From Rhynchobatus australiae (Eukaryota), in NCBI GenBank assembly GCA_034780895.1, contig JAUZTB010000118.1, forward strand, positions 56,725,228-56,789,227: a stretch of 64,000 bases of DNA. Reading direction: 5' to 3'. Shown here piece after piece: positions 63,008-64,000 of the stretch. Under the pieces are notes generated by a model. It ran no database searches and was not told the origin of the DNA. It saw only the letters and a program-made list of their open reading frames with translations. Both the position numbers and the translations under genes were made by a program. Each line of letters opens with the position of its first letter. Position 1 is the first letter of the stretch.

Positions 63008-63245
63008 AGTCATAGAGTCATACAGCACAGAAGTAGGCCTTCAGCCCACCATTTCAATGCCAACCATCAAGTACCTATCTATTACTAATCCCATTTACCA
63101 GCATTTGGTCTGTAGCCTCCCATACCTTGGCAATTCAAGGGCTTGTCCAGATGTTTCTTTAATGTTATGAGAGTACCAGCCTCCACCACCTTCTCAGGCA
63201 GCACGTTCCTGATTGCAAACACCCTGAGTGTAAAAATTCTTCTCA
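63008..63245 (-). mobile_element. CR1/HER1-type LINE 3' tail
   Basis: agtcatagagtcatacagcacagaagtaggccttcagccca...ccaccaccttctcaggcagcacgttcc. Confidence 0.8.
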
Positions 63246-63544
63246 GCAGATTCTCAGCAAATTCTTATCCAGCAGGTGTCAGATTATTTATCCTGCAGAA
63301 CCTGCCTGGTTGATCGTAAAATTATTCTGCTGGGTCAGAATAGTTCTTTATCTAAGATACTTTGTATAAACTTTAACAGGCAGCTATACAAGGTGATCAA
63401 AAGGCAAAACTCCAGAGGGGCTGGAAGTTTGCAGTTAGCTGGCACCACCACATGGATTCCTAACCGTTCAGTTTAAAGAACGGAAAAGTTGAAAGCTTCG
63501 CCCAAAAGCCTGATTTAAGCCAAATCAAAACACTGTTGTTGCCG

Positions 63545-63702
63545 CAAATCTGAAGTAAAACTAAAACAATTGTGGGAACACTCAGCAGGTCAAGCAACAT
63601 CTGTGGAAAGAGAGAAATTGAGTTAACATATATGTTGCTGAACTCTCATCAGAACAGTTCTGATGAAAGATCACTGAGTGGCAGTGTTAACTCTATTTCC
63701 AC
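63545..63702. mobile_element. Fold-back mini element with abutting hammerhead cores
   Basis: Perfect central palindrome TCATCAGaac-a-gttCTGATGA (63646-63666); outer arms gtggaaagag..gagttaaca / tgttaactctatttccac. Confidence 0.78.
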
Positions 63703-64000
63703 CTCTAATTCAAAGCTAAGGGCAGACGGTGACACGGTNNNNNNNNNNNNNNNNNNNNNNNNNNNNNNNNNNNNNNNNNNNNNNNNNNNNNNNNNNNNNN
63801 NNNNNNNNNNNNNNNNNNNNNNNNNNNNNNNNNNNNNNCTCTAATTCAAAGCTAAGGGCAGACGGTGACACGGTTATCTCACAGCTTTAGTGACACAGAT
63901 TCGATTCTGGCCTCGGTTACTGTCTGTGCATTTTTTTGCACATTCTGCCTATGATCTTGTGCATTTCCTCTTACCCCAATTGTGTAAGGGGCTGGTGGGA

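Overview
Eukaryotic DNA, almost certainly from a cartilaginous fish (inferred from shark/ray-type V-SINEs, DeuSINEs and CR1/HER1-type LINE tails). The window lies inside one large + strand gene. Five canonical GT-AG exons (18110-18260, 35620-35721, 41410-41555, 44647-44816, 59372-59499) splice in frame into about 232 aa of an ADAMTS metalloprotease. They cover the end of the catalytic domain, the disintegrin-like domain, the first thrombospondin repeat and the Cys-rich domain, and best match ADAMTS19. The rest is intron full of decayed retroelements (CR1, L2, Rex/Babar, RTE, L1, Penelope-like, V-SINE, DeuSINE), one MITE-like inverted repeat and many N gaps with duplicated flanks. The most interesting signal is a family of about 16 Penelope-derived terminal-repeat copies carrying a minimal hammerhead ribozyme (consensus CAGTC-CTGATGA-AGGGTCTCGACCC-GAAACGTC-GACTG). 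Several are tiny (140-250 nt) non-coding fold-back units, some with hammerhead cores back-to-back on opposite strands and candidate target-site duplications. Two of them closely bracket an in-frame 102-nt ADAMTS exon. All family assignments come from motif recognition by eye; no searches were run.
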